A DNA stretch of 62,743 nt, filler included, from Hydrolagus affinis (taxonomy: Eukaryota): assembly GCA_012026655.1 (NCBI GenBank). It is 4 parts of 4 records of this genome, joined end to end, with 100 filler letters (N's around TTAATTAATTAA, not from the genome) between each part and the next. Parts side by side here need not be neighbours in the genome. Positions count along the whole stretch, not along the records: positions 50,708 to 62,743 come from JAAILG010022569.1; 3 more parts are not named here. One strand, written 5' to 3'. The translations under genes and the position numbers were made by a program. The notes below the pieces were generated by a model that ran no database searches, was not told the origin of the DNA, and saw only the letters and a list, made by a program, of their open reading frames with translations. Shown here in pieces: positions 51,740-62,743 of the stretch. The number at the start of each line of letters is the position of its first letter. Within the stretch, counting starts at the first letter, position 1.

Positions 51740-52198
51740 CTCTCTGCTGCACAGAAGTAAGTGGCGGTGTCTGTCACTCGCACGTCTCTGATTGTCAGTG
51801 TGCTGTTCTTCTCTTTTGTATCAGCCAAAGCACTTATCCTCTCCTCCACCTTTATATCTCTGCTTCCCTTCACTAGCAAATGGATGGAACCGTTTCCATA
51901 CTGTTTGTACCATTGGAAGGTGGGTACGTCAACAGTGGTGTTGCACTCTATGGATACATTTCCATTTTCATTCTCTGTCAGTGGCTGATGTCTCTGTGAC
52001 ACTTCGCTGTCAGCCAAGACACCTGGGGAACAGATATGAACATTCTTTTAAAGGAAATTGGATGAAAATATCTCCAACTAAACTTCTAACTATTTAGCGC
52101 AAAACATGCGTGTGATTGTCTAAACTCCCAGTCTACTTACAGAAGAGCGAAATCAATAAACTAAAAATAATGCACTTTGCTTGGTAACTTGGCTTCAT
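51740..52198 (-). CDS. TRAV-like segment (short CDR1 family), apparently functional
   Basis: Leader 52198-52141 (MKPSYQAKCIIFSLLISLF). V exon 52022-51740. RSS CACAGTG-23-ACACAAACA at 51739-51701. Confidence 0.9.
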
Positions 52199-53562
52199 TC
52201 TCAATCCTCGTCGATTAATGTCAGAAACTCCAGTTGAAATGCAAGGTGGCACAAGCTAACTGCTGATAAACGTTCATGAATGTTTGTCGAATGCCGCTAA
52301 CCGTGTAGGTTATAACTATTCTCTCGGTGACGCCTCCAATGACGTCTCATTTCCTGTATGTTTGCTGGTGTGACATTCATTCGCCAATCGGCCACCAACA
52401 GAGTTAGTTTAGCCCACAAGATAGGAAGTTACTGCACTTTTCACAATCGTCTTCCATGCTCTTTGAATAAACTGAATGACGTTATCTCGTGCTGCATCGA
52501 ATTCAATCAAATATAGCTGTTACTGTTATTCATACTATTATTATAAGTTTCTAAGGGAATACAATATCGGACGAAATGTTCCTTCAATGAGTTATTTACA
52601 TTTACAAATAGCTTGCATACATCCTTATCAAGTCAATTGAAGATTCTCACTGCTCCACGCATGCTTTTCTCTCTGAGGGCAGAGATTGTGTTTGGCAACA
52701 TCACCAGTCAGTTTATGTAACGCAGTGTTCCCTCAATCATCTGTGAAGAGAAAAAACAATTTTGCTGATGGAATGTCTGCCTAATCATCAGGAGAAACCC
52801 TATTATTGCTCAAGCAGGTATATGGAAACATCACCAACCCTTACTACAAACCGAATGGACCTCTGTTTGGTCGATCAACAGAATGTCAAATTCTCTGACA
52901 TTTCTAGACATCCCACCAAGCCTCCACTAGAGTGAATGCCCAGTACATCAGTCAGGAATCTAATATATCGTACACAGCATTTATGTCGCTTTTAAGTGTA
53001 TTACGTGGAAGTTAGAAGTTGGATTATTGTTATATGATAGTCCAACAATAATTTTTAAAATATCTTTGAATTTGATAAAGCGACATTTTTCGCACTTCTC
53101 AAAGCGCTTCACAGAATCTACTGTAATGTGACTTGACACTGTGTGTCTTAGTGGAAGAAAAACTGGCAAGCCAAGGAGCACAGCAGTGTTCCACAAATAT
53201 ACGTGGATAGAGCGATTGCATTTATATTATCGTTTTTATCTAACGGATTATAAACCCAAGGAAAACGATCCACCCAAGGACGAAAAGGAAGGTTCTGAGC
53301 AACTGCTAAGTAAAGATGTATGTTCTTCCAGGGTATATAAAACTGCCTAAGGATTCCCAACGCTTGGGAATCAAACCCAGGTCCACTCGAGAGCAAGGAG
53401 AGTACTGCACTACAGGCCTCCACAGCCTCTGTACACCGCCCTCCCTCTTGTAATAGTGTAGCCACGTCAGTGTGTTGGCAGCAAGAATTTGAATGTGTGA
53501 TAGGAAGTCGCGATTGTCTGCTGAGTTTTTGTACAGTGTATCTGGCCTCCTGTCACAGTGTG

Positions 53563-54432
53563 GGCTCCTGGGCACAGTAATACACGGCGCCGTCACCCAC
53601 ATCAGCCCTGAGTATTTGCAAGTTAAATACTTTATTCTCCTTGTCCAGCTTGGCAGTGAAGCGGTCAGGAATATCAGGAGATTTGTCTACAGTTCCCGAG
53701 CTAAATATCCTGAGCAGGTACTGAAGCTCTCCACCGGGATACTGTCTGTACCAGAAGGCAGTGTTTATTGTGGAATAATTGCAGTTTAGTTTCACGTCTT
53801 GCCCTTCAAATTGCCTTATCTCAGGAGGATATTGGTATATTACATCTTTACCGGTAACTTCTGCAATAAAAAACACATATTTTGCAAAGGGCAAAGATTA
53901 ATTTGCAATCAAAATAATACTAATGATTACTACGTGAGTTTTCGAGAAGTTTCGCAACAATCAGACGTTACACAAAACATGCATACAAAACACCCACAGA
54001 ATATAGTATCAAATGTATTGCCTTCATTCGTTGCAGGCGAAATGCGGCAGCTAAGAGTACAAGGCAGTGACGCACACACAGTCATAGATTGAGAGCTCCA
54101 ATTACTCTTATTGTAGGTAACTTTTTTGGTGGCAATGAGCGGATATGGAAAGCGATCCGCTTCCTAATTACTGCTCCACTCACAAAGTGTGTTTGTTGCA
54201 AAGCGACTTGTTCAACAATTATCACTGCCGTGAATCAAACTAAGGTATTCACTTTTTCAATGGGTGTACAATGCTCTAAACACTACACCACCAATATTAT
54301 ATAATAACAATACTGGCAATTGATATAGTGATTTTCACATATTTTAAAGAAAATCAAATGCACTAGGCATGTCCACACGTACTTACTGGCTATGGTGAGG
54401 ATTGCTATCAGTAACTGACAGTGACCTGTCAT
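53563..54432 (-). CDS. TRAV/TRDV segment, apparently functional
   Basis: Leader 54432-54387. V exon 53860-53563 (LNCNY..FWYRQ..DGAVYYCAQEP). RSS CACACTG-23-ACAAAAACT at 53562-53524. Confidence 0.9.
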
Positions 54433-56121
54433 GCTGGCTTCTGAGTTGGGAGCAGATAGTGGAATCTCTCCCTGTAAGTGACTGTTCGGCTGCTTCACTT
54501 ACAAGTAGTCATGCAGCGGCTGATCTGCTGTGTTCAGGCAGTGAATTATTCAATACAATTGTAGGCGTTTCACATTAACCAGACGATCTTCGCCTTAATC
54601 AGCTTCTTATTGGCTACAGGTGGATCTGGGCTAGAATGGAGTTAATAGATACATGTTTCACCCACAAACAAAGGTTAACTGTCTAAATTCAAGGTTGATA
54701 TGACAACCCACCTCTGTTGCTGGTGGTATACATAATGAGTCAGAAAGGTTTTGGTTCAAGGCTCAAGAAGATACATTGAGATGATGGTCTATACTGAAAT
54801 TCTAATTTATTACTCTGTATCATGCGTGTATTGGTTTGATTCATCGTATATTCGTGGGAGAGTTGCTGTGTTGAAACTGCCTATTGTATTTGTGTTCAAA
54901 ATGCAGTCAATTATTTTTAAATTAATTCATACTGAACACTTTACTAGCAACTCCTACATGAAGGCATGTTGTACAAGGCAAGGCAATAATGACTATCGAT
55001 TTGCAATCCTGTTTGGAACTGCATCCAAGCGAGGAAGTCCCAAACTAAGAAATATCTTTAAATGAAAAATTAAATTAAACTGAAACAATTTTATTCTCCT
55101 TCTCCAAATTGACCAAATAAAGTGCCCATGAAACCATTGAGAAATCCTAGCACGTTTAATACCATAGTTAGAGCCACACAATGGTGGCTGATTATTTTGG
55201 GGAAAAGGACAATAGGACAGAAAATGTGTCACATCAATTGATTCTGGAACAACAATAACACGATTCATGTTTAAGGAAACAAACATTAGCACTTTTCAGC
55301 TGCAGAGGCCATAGTGTGTATGAAGCTCCAACATCAACTGTAACAGGAAGCACCTGCTGTAGCTCACAAGGAAGTTAGTTACAGAAAGGAACGAGGCAAG
55401 TTATGTCAGTTGCTGCTCATGTTAGATACTGTATGTGCATAGTGCGCCATCTGTAGGTGGACTGCAGGTTCAGAACGTGCACAATTGGAGATGTTTCATA
55501 GTAAATGGTTTCCAGCCAGGCTCAACATTCCCTTTCTGAATGGCGCTGTATAAACGCAAGCTATTGATGTATTTACTTTTTTTAGATGTTTTGCAATCGA
55601 CTAGAACAGCACAGAAAAACTTCTATATCGTGAAGGTCTCCCCAAAAGGCAAGAACGTTGAGGCTATCTCTGTGACAATACCGTGTTTAATAAAAATATC
55701 AATATTCCTTGCCTTTAATAGATCGCCATATCATATTTTAGAGGTGCAATGGAGCGCTTTACAGAAGGTACTGTAAAATGTAAAGTACTTTGACGTCTTA
55801 TTGTGTGGGAGAAACGCGAAAGCCAAGTTTGCACATCAGAGATCCATTGGATTGAATGACCAATTTATTAATATCATCAATATTCTGAAGGAATTCTTAC
55901 GCCCGGAATCGCGAATCACTAATCCGCTAACAACATAGTTCCGACTTAATGCCATGTAAACAGCTACATATGCATGGAGTAAGGAAACTTGCCCCACATT
56001 TCGCTCAGCCGTGAATTCAAACCCGTGTATCTTGCCTGTGAGGCGAGTGCTGTTACCACTGAGCTACAGGACTCCACATGGTAGTTTCTGTAGGGCGGTA
56101 CCGCTGATCTGTGTCTCTGTG

Positions 56122-56960
56122 GGGCTCAGTGCACAGTAATACAACGCCGAGTCTGTGACTCTCACTTGGGATATATTTAATGGCACGGTTCTCCCCACTT
56201 TATCCACTGTTGCTGTGAAATGTCCTTTGGCAAAGTCTGCATATTGTGGTCTGTTGCTGGTGGATGTGCTGAGGATATATTCTGGAGCTGAGTTGGCATA
56301 GAGACGGTACCAGAACAGATATATACTGGTTGCACTTGCAGCTGTATAATTACATTGCAATATTGCATTCTCCCCTTGATATGCTGTCACAGTAGATTGG
56401 AGCTGCGTCACAGCGTCCCCTTCACAATATCCTAGAAATAGTATAAATAAGTACCAATAGTAACGTAACTAAGAATGAAAATAATCGCAAATATATCGAT
56501 ATAAGTAATCCTTACATTTGCTACAGCGCGTTCGCCCATATCCACGATAGCAACAGCGCTTCACGGAATATTAATTTAGCACATTTTCTGGGCAAAACGT
56601 CAGACCAAATTGCGAGTATCAGTTTCCGCAAAAAGCTAGTTAATCGATAGATTTGTATACGATTACATGTTTGGAATTAAATGCTTCAGAGACGCGATCA
56701 GTAAGTTTACTTACAGTAGGGCTCATATGTAAGACTACTGAAACATGGACGCGTGTGTGCCGCAAGTAAACTTGCCTGTAGATTCGCCCTCCCTACATAC
56801 TGAGTTACAGGACGCTACCGTTTGTCAAGTCCTGTAGATTTTTGTTTAATTCATGCAACACGAAAAAATACGCATTGGATAATATGTGCAGGAATATATG
56901 GATATATGTTTGCGGCTTACCTACGAAGATAACGATGGCTGCTGCCAGGTAAGTGTACAT
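56122..56960 (-). CDS. TRAV/TRDV segment, paralog of V at 47696
   Basis: Leader 56960-56921. V exon 56431-56122 open. RSS CACAGAG-23-ACAGAAACT at 56121-56083. Confidence 0.9.
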
Positions 56961-58120
56961 TGTGATATGTGCGTTTCGTGGAATGTGTTGTTGAGGGAGC
57001 GTTGATGGTGGAGTTCCACACCGTTGGCTGGGAGGCAGTTGATGTGGTGTGGAGGGCTGAACAAGATATGACGTGCAGAATTTGCCATATGCTGTAAATG
57101 AACAGGTCTGAAGGTTATTCACAAAACTCATATCTGTGTCATTTTGCATCTTTCACTCTGTTCTGCCATCTCGCTCCTCCGTTGGTTCTCTTGAATCAAT
57201 ATGGTAAAGTGCTGAAACGGGTCATTGAGAGGGTTCAGAGCCAATGGGCAGGAGACACGTTACATCACCAGTTTCTCAGATGTCTCTGCCCTAGTTACTT
57301 GAAAATTTCCTTCCTGCCTCCATTTCCTCTCCAGGCTTCTGGGTTACAGCCGTTTGCGTACAAAACACAAGTATTGTTTAGCACAATTAATTGCCAAAAC
57401 TTGGCTTGTTTCGTATTTTACTAACCAGTGTGTAAACATGTGACGAACACATCTCATGCTTGCTCACGTACGAATCCAAATTTGAGTTACAATAAATATT
57501 ATTGTGTTTGATGTAACATCTTATCGCATCTTCAAAACATTTCTAATCTCTTCAAAAAAAGAACTGCCATGGGTAGCGATCATGTATTTTCTCAATAAAA
57601 TACACGGCAGCCAATTGCACACAGCCTTGTCTAGCCAAACGTAATGGAGAGTCATCCATTTCGTTATAAGTGTATTGACCCAGGAAAGGCTATCGGCCAG
57701 TCGACTAGCAGCCGCTGTCCTACATAATGCTCTGCATTAGTGTAATAATAAACCTTGCATTTTAAATTATGCCTGATTCGCTATTCAGAGTTCTGCTGTG
57801 AACTGAATTGAACTGATATATTGGGCTAATTGAAGCAGAGCAGCGTCTCACAAACAGTCGTGAATTGAAGTGAACATTTGTATTTTTTTAAAGGAATTAT
57901 GACCCTCAGCAAAGTGATCCCTGGATCAACGGCGAACCAGATACCTACAAACTACTACTATTAGCAGAGGCGTGTGGAATATAGAAAATCGCACAATATA
58001 TTGGCCAGCCAAGAATCGAAACCCAGCTCTCCTTGTTTGCGAGATGAGTTCATTACTCGAATAACTACTGGGTCCTCATCCTGTTTTTGTACAGACTCCT
58101 CTGAGACACGCAGCACTGTG

Positions 58121-58580
58121 TTCGTTGCACAGAAGTAAGTGGCGGTGTCTGTCACTCGCACGTCTTTGATTGATAGTATGCTGTTTTTCTCGTTTGTGTC
58201 AGCCAAGGCACTTAGCCTCGGCCCTTCCTTCATCTCTCTGGTTCCCATCACCAAGTACTGGATGGAACCGATTCCATACTGTTTGTACCAATGAAAGTAT
58301 TCGACGTATCCAGTGGTTCTGCACTCCAAAGATACATTTCCATTTGCATTCTCTGTCAGTGCCTGAGGATTCTGTGACACCTCACGTTCAGCTAAGACAC
58401 CTGGGGAATAGAAATGAACAACCTTTGAAAGAAATTCGAATGATATCAGTAAAGCTAATTTCTACTTAATCAGCAGTGGAACGTGAAAGTACTGTTGTTT
58501 TCAAACACATAACCCACTTACACAAAAAATAATACAAAGAAATGAATAACAAAATATATTGCAGTGAAATGCTGCATCAT
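58121..58580 (-). CDS. TRAV-like segment (short CDR1 family); leader out of phase by 1 nt
   Basis: V exon 58400-58121 open. RSS CACAGTG-23-ACAAAAACA at 58120-58082. Leader 58580-58522 is 59 nt (phase 2), with an A6 run near the donor. Confidence 0.8.
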
Positions 58581-60411
58581 TCTCAACAGGCGTCGACTCA
58601 AGATTAAGCGATTGTTCGAAATGTAACGATCAATCAGCTACAAGTCAGTGTCTCGATTATAAATATGTGTTCATTCGAGGAGTCGACAATTAGACATGCG
58701 CTATTACCTTGTGTGTGTTTATTGTTGGAGACATTTAGATATCCTCCTATCACTTTCCATTGTATTTAGAGAAACTCCGCCTCCCCTTGCCCCCTCTCCT
58801 TGCCACATCCAATTGCCACGTTGAAAGCACGTCTCAAAACCTTCCTCTTCGACTGGATCATTGTTAACCAAAGTGTTCTCCCAGCCCTCCTTCCTCACCA
58901 ATGTGACCATCAGCTCTTGCCCAAATACCAGAATATTCAGCAACTTAGTACAAAACTACATTGGTACCGTTACTTTCACGTCAGGAGAACTCCTGACGTG
59001 AAAATATCGGTACTAATGTAGTTTTGTTTCATTTTATAAACGTATACATTTAAATCAACAGAAATCTCCTGTGTACATGAAATGTCACTTTAGGTCTAAT
59101 TTTGATTTCGGACTTTTTGTTTTTAATAAAACTGTGTGTGTTTTTTTTGCCGTTCACAACAGTTTCCCAGAAACCGAGACGAATAAATTGAAACGAACAG
59201 TTTTATTTGTTTCATCTTCTCTTCTGTGAAAGTGACATTAGAGGTTTACCAACCACATGATGGACAGAAACCGCCTCTGTTTGAAGTATCTCCTTGGGAC
59301 GTCCAGCGCGACATGAAAATCGCTCTATAAACGCAATGTTGTTGTTGTTTGATGATGTCGTAGCAGACGAGAGGCATGTCCAAATAATTAGGCCCGTTAT
59401 TGGGAATAATTTGGGGGATTACATTAAATGCTATGAGTTCTAATTCATGAATTAGTGTTTGAACCCATTATCATCTGACTCAGAGGCAAATGCACTGTAA
59501 ATAGAGCAAGACTGACTACGTCAATGAACGACACTCACCTTCAAGTTAAATTAACCTTAGCTCTCTGTACACAGATTAGCATTGTTCTGACTATCTGTCA
59601 TCTGTATTAGAGAAAGGATTCCTGAAACATTGAGTGAAAGAGACTCTGTAGGAATATCTACATACAAAGACAAAATTTTCGATAAAGATCGTGACAATGG
59701 GAATACGTGCATTGGATTTGTCGCCGTATCATGTTTTCTTGGTGACTCGAAGCGCTTCACTGATTATATTCTCGAGTGAGTTTCCCATATATCTTGAGTG
59801 CGAAATCTGCAAGAAAATTGCGCACACCAGTCTGCCACAAACCGTATAATTGGATGAACGTACTCATTGTTATTCTTATTTATTATTTTTGAACAAACTG
59901 TTACCCCCAGTAAAGCGATTCAGCAATCCAATAACAATAAGTTTCCTACCTATTGCTGGGGTAACTAGGGGGTCAGTGATTTAAGACAAGGGGGTCAGCA
60001 TTTTCGCACAGAGATAAGTACACACTTCTTCACTCCCACGGTAGTGAATTTATGGAATAATTGACCACCACCTGCCCCCCCACCAAAAAAAAAGCTATAG
60101 ATACTCAGTCCTTCAGCATATTCGAGACTGAAATTGATAGATATTCTTATATATAAATGGATTAAGCGAAATGGGGATAAGGCGCGAGCAGCTGGAGTAG
60201 GATTTGAAGAACAGCTATAACCATTTGAATGGCGGAGCGGGCTAGAGGAGCCGAGTGGCCGATTACTGCTTCTTAATCTCATATTCTTGTATTTAAACAT
60301 GTACAAACGCTGCTTATTTGTTCTTGAAGCAATAATGCCCCCACGCGGTTTAGCAGCCAAATAACCAGTTGATGTTTTTGTACAGAGCCCCCATAGCACA
60401 GCAGCAGTGTG

Positions 60412-61276
60412 GGCGTCATGGCACAGTAATACACAGCAATGTCCCTGATCAGGACTGTGCCAATCCTCAGTAAGAAATCTTCACTCGATTTATTGACAGT
60501 GGAGGAAAATCGAGCTGGGAAGTCAGGGTTCCTGTGAACGTTATTCGCTGTCCCCCGAAATGCATACACAGGAGCGTGGCTGGAAGCTTGTCTGTACCAG
60601 AAGAGACCATACGCATCACTGATTTTCTTGAAGCTGCAGGACAATTTCACATCATGTGCCTCTAGAATCGATATTTCAGTCATCGATTGTTTCCCCATTT
60701 TCTGTAGGCTGCTTCCTGTGATTGAATCGACAAGGTTATTGAGGAGCAAGATTGTATTACATAGGGATCCTGCTGCTCGATGTTTAGAACCCTAGCCACA
60801 TAAGAGAGAAGAGCCAGATTCGTTCCTGAGCAGTGCAATACCTCAGCGAAAATTCTTTACTCCGCATGCCTCCGTGAGACTACTAGGAAATAGCAATCCA
60901 AGTGCTGGTCAATTCGCGGATTGTTATTCTGGAGCTAATCATTCATAAATGTAAATCAATAAAAATAATATTAATTTCGTCATTGAATCCTTTAAAAAAT
61001 TTTGGAGCACTGTTGTGCGAAATTGGCTCTCACGTTGCACCCAGAGAATACATTGTCAATTCGCTTTACATTATAATGTGGAGTGCGTTGAGACGTCTCA
61101 AATTTGTGAAGAAGCACGTTAGAGAATCCCAATTATCATTAATATTGTTATTAGTTTTGCTCTACTAAAGCCTTTAGCAGATATTATGGGAAAATGGTAA
61201 AGGTATAAGAAGGTTACATACGAGTAAGTAAGCTGAGAGTTACTGAGAGCACAGCACACTTCGCCCACAGGAGCAT
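60412..61276 (-). CDS. TRAV/TRDV segment, apparently functional
   Basis: Leader 61276-61222 (MLLWAKCAVLSVTLSLLT, donor GTATGT). V exon 60715-60412. RSS CACACTG-23-ACAAAAACA at 60411-60373. Confidence 0.85.
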
Positions 61277-61359
61277 TTTAATCCTGTGTCTCACATTAAC
61301 TCTCCAACATGTGGCTGTTTATATAGTGAATGTGGATGAAATGTAGAGAAACTCACTCA

Positions 61360-61510
61360 CTGCCCCGCCCACATCGAAACACTCCCACATTGTCAATGCT
61401 ACGCCCACACAGAGACCCGCCCACACAGAGCATCGCCCAGACAGAGCCCCGCCCACACACAGGCCCGCCCAGATGGAGCCCCGCCCACACAGAGCCTCGC
61501 CCACTCAGTC
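61360..61510. repeat. GC-box minisatellite (cccgcccacacag)n
   Basis: Direct reading; about six degenerate units. Confidence 0.75.
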
Positions 61511-62040
61511 ACTGCCACTCACAGACAAAGATCGTCCCACCACCTCAACCCTCCTTCTCCTCCTGCTCCCGGGTCATATTCTGCTTTGTTGTGAAGCGTC
61601 TTGTATATCTGCGTCTTACACAGAGACACACGTGATCATTCGATCAAGGAAACCTGCATTAGGGCTATAATTGTAGTTTCTCAGGAATATAGAAGAGTTA
61701 AAGGTGATTTCATGCAAAACTTTAAAATTGTTATTTGCCGCTAAATGCGGCATCCAATTCCGCACATCGGCGTCCCACAAGTGGCTTGGATTGGAGAGGA
61801 ACAACTTCCTGAAAGGAATTCTTAGCCCCAGTAAAGCGATTCGGTCAATCCATCACAAACCGGGTTCCTCCAAATTTCAATGTAAATAGATGTGTGTGGA
61901 GTAAGGCGGTTTGCTGAGTGTTTCACCCTGCGGAGATTTCAGCTCAGGTTCCCTTGTTTGCAAAGCAGGTTCTCTAACCAATGAGCTGCAGCAACCCAGC
62001 ATGTTTTTGTACAGGACTTTCGTAAACACACATCACTGTG

Positions 62041-62457
62041 CTCTCCGCACAGAAGTAAGTGGAGAAGTCAGACACTCGCAAGTCTCTGATCGATAACGCG
62101 CTATTTTTTCCAACAGTCAAAGCATTTATCCTCTCCTTCAGCTTCACGTCTCTTGAGCCCAACACTAGTAATTGCATGGAGCCGTTTCCATACTGTTTGT
62201 ACCATTGAAAGATTGGGCTCGACACAGTGGTGATGCACTCTATAGATACATTTCCATTTTCGTTCTGTGTCATGGACAGTGGTATCTGTGTCACTTCGTT
62301 GTCAGCCAACACACCTGGGGGAACAGACATGGACATTCCAGCAATGAAACTTGGAAAAAAGCTGCAAAAAATTTAATAGGAAAACGAGAATGTGTTTGTC
62401 CAAACTGGGACTCTACTTACAGAAGAGTAGAATCGTTAGATTACAAATAATATACAT
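62041..62457 (-). CDS. TRAV-like segment (short CDR1 family)
   Basis: Short leader 62457-62421 (MYIICNLTILLF). V exon 62314-62041 open. RSS CACAGTG-23-ACAAAAACA at 62040-62002. Confidence 0.85.
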
Positions 62458-62743
62458 TGCGGTGTAACATGGATTGATTCTTAATCCTTATTGATTCAAG
62501 TCAAAACCTGTGAGTGAAATGTAAAGGCTGATAAGCGTTTATGAATGTTTGTCGAATGCTTTTTAGCTGTGCATGTGATACTTTTATTCTGGGTGACGCC
62601 TTCACTGACATCTCACTTCCTGTATGTTGGCTTGTGTTATATTCATTCGTTAATCGACTATCATTAGGGTTCACACTTACAACTGGTAAAATAGAGGCAT
62701 GTTTGTGGATGACGAAAACACACCCAATGTTTCCCTGCTCGAA

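Noticed and set aside
1-62743. IgHV segments, D-delta/J-delta/J-alpha, C exons, CRISPR arrays, rRNA
   Set aside because: Looked for and not found. The non-NAR Vs have TCR-type frameworks, and no FGxG J with a 12-RSS or C1-set exon was seen.

Overview
Eukaryotic genomic DNA from a cartilaginous-fish T-cell receptor alpha/delta V region. A chimaera/elephant-shark-like origin is inferred from the NAR-type V domains and the repeat content. The window holds about 17 conventional TRAV/TRDV-like segments or remnants, most with a split leader and a 22-23 bp-spacer RSS. All of them point rightwards (+) up to ~37 kb and leftwards (-) after ~40 kb. The standout is a NAR-TCR-like cassette at 6.9-17.1 kb. 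It has an IgNAR-type leader, a rearranging V(22)-(12)D(12)-(23)J cluster, and then THREE tandem, open, 351-bp germline-joined VNAR-like V(D)J exons with no flanking RSS. It ends with an apparently leaderless supporting V-delta carrying a CDR1 cysteine. All these exons are splice phase 1, and their non-canonical cysteines fit a head-to-tail disulfide chain, which predicts a TCR-delta chain with up to five stacked V domains. Also present: CTCF-like motifs whose orientation follows V orientation, a conserved ETS/RUNX-like element 3' of several RSSs, CRE-like promoters, a decayed NLR-type LRR exon, LINE/SINE/Penelope debris and five assembly gaps. No D-delta/J-delta/C exons were found. All calls are by eye; no database searches were run.
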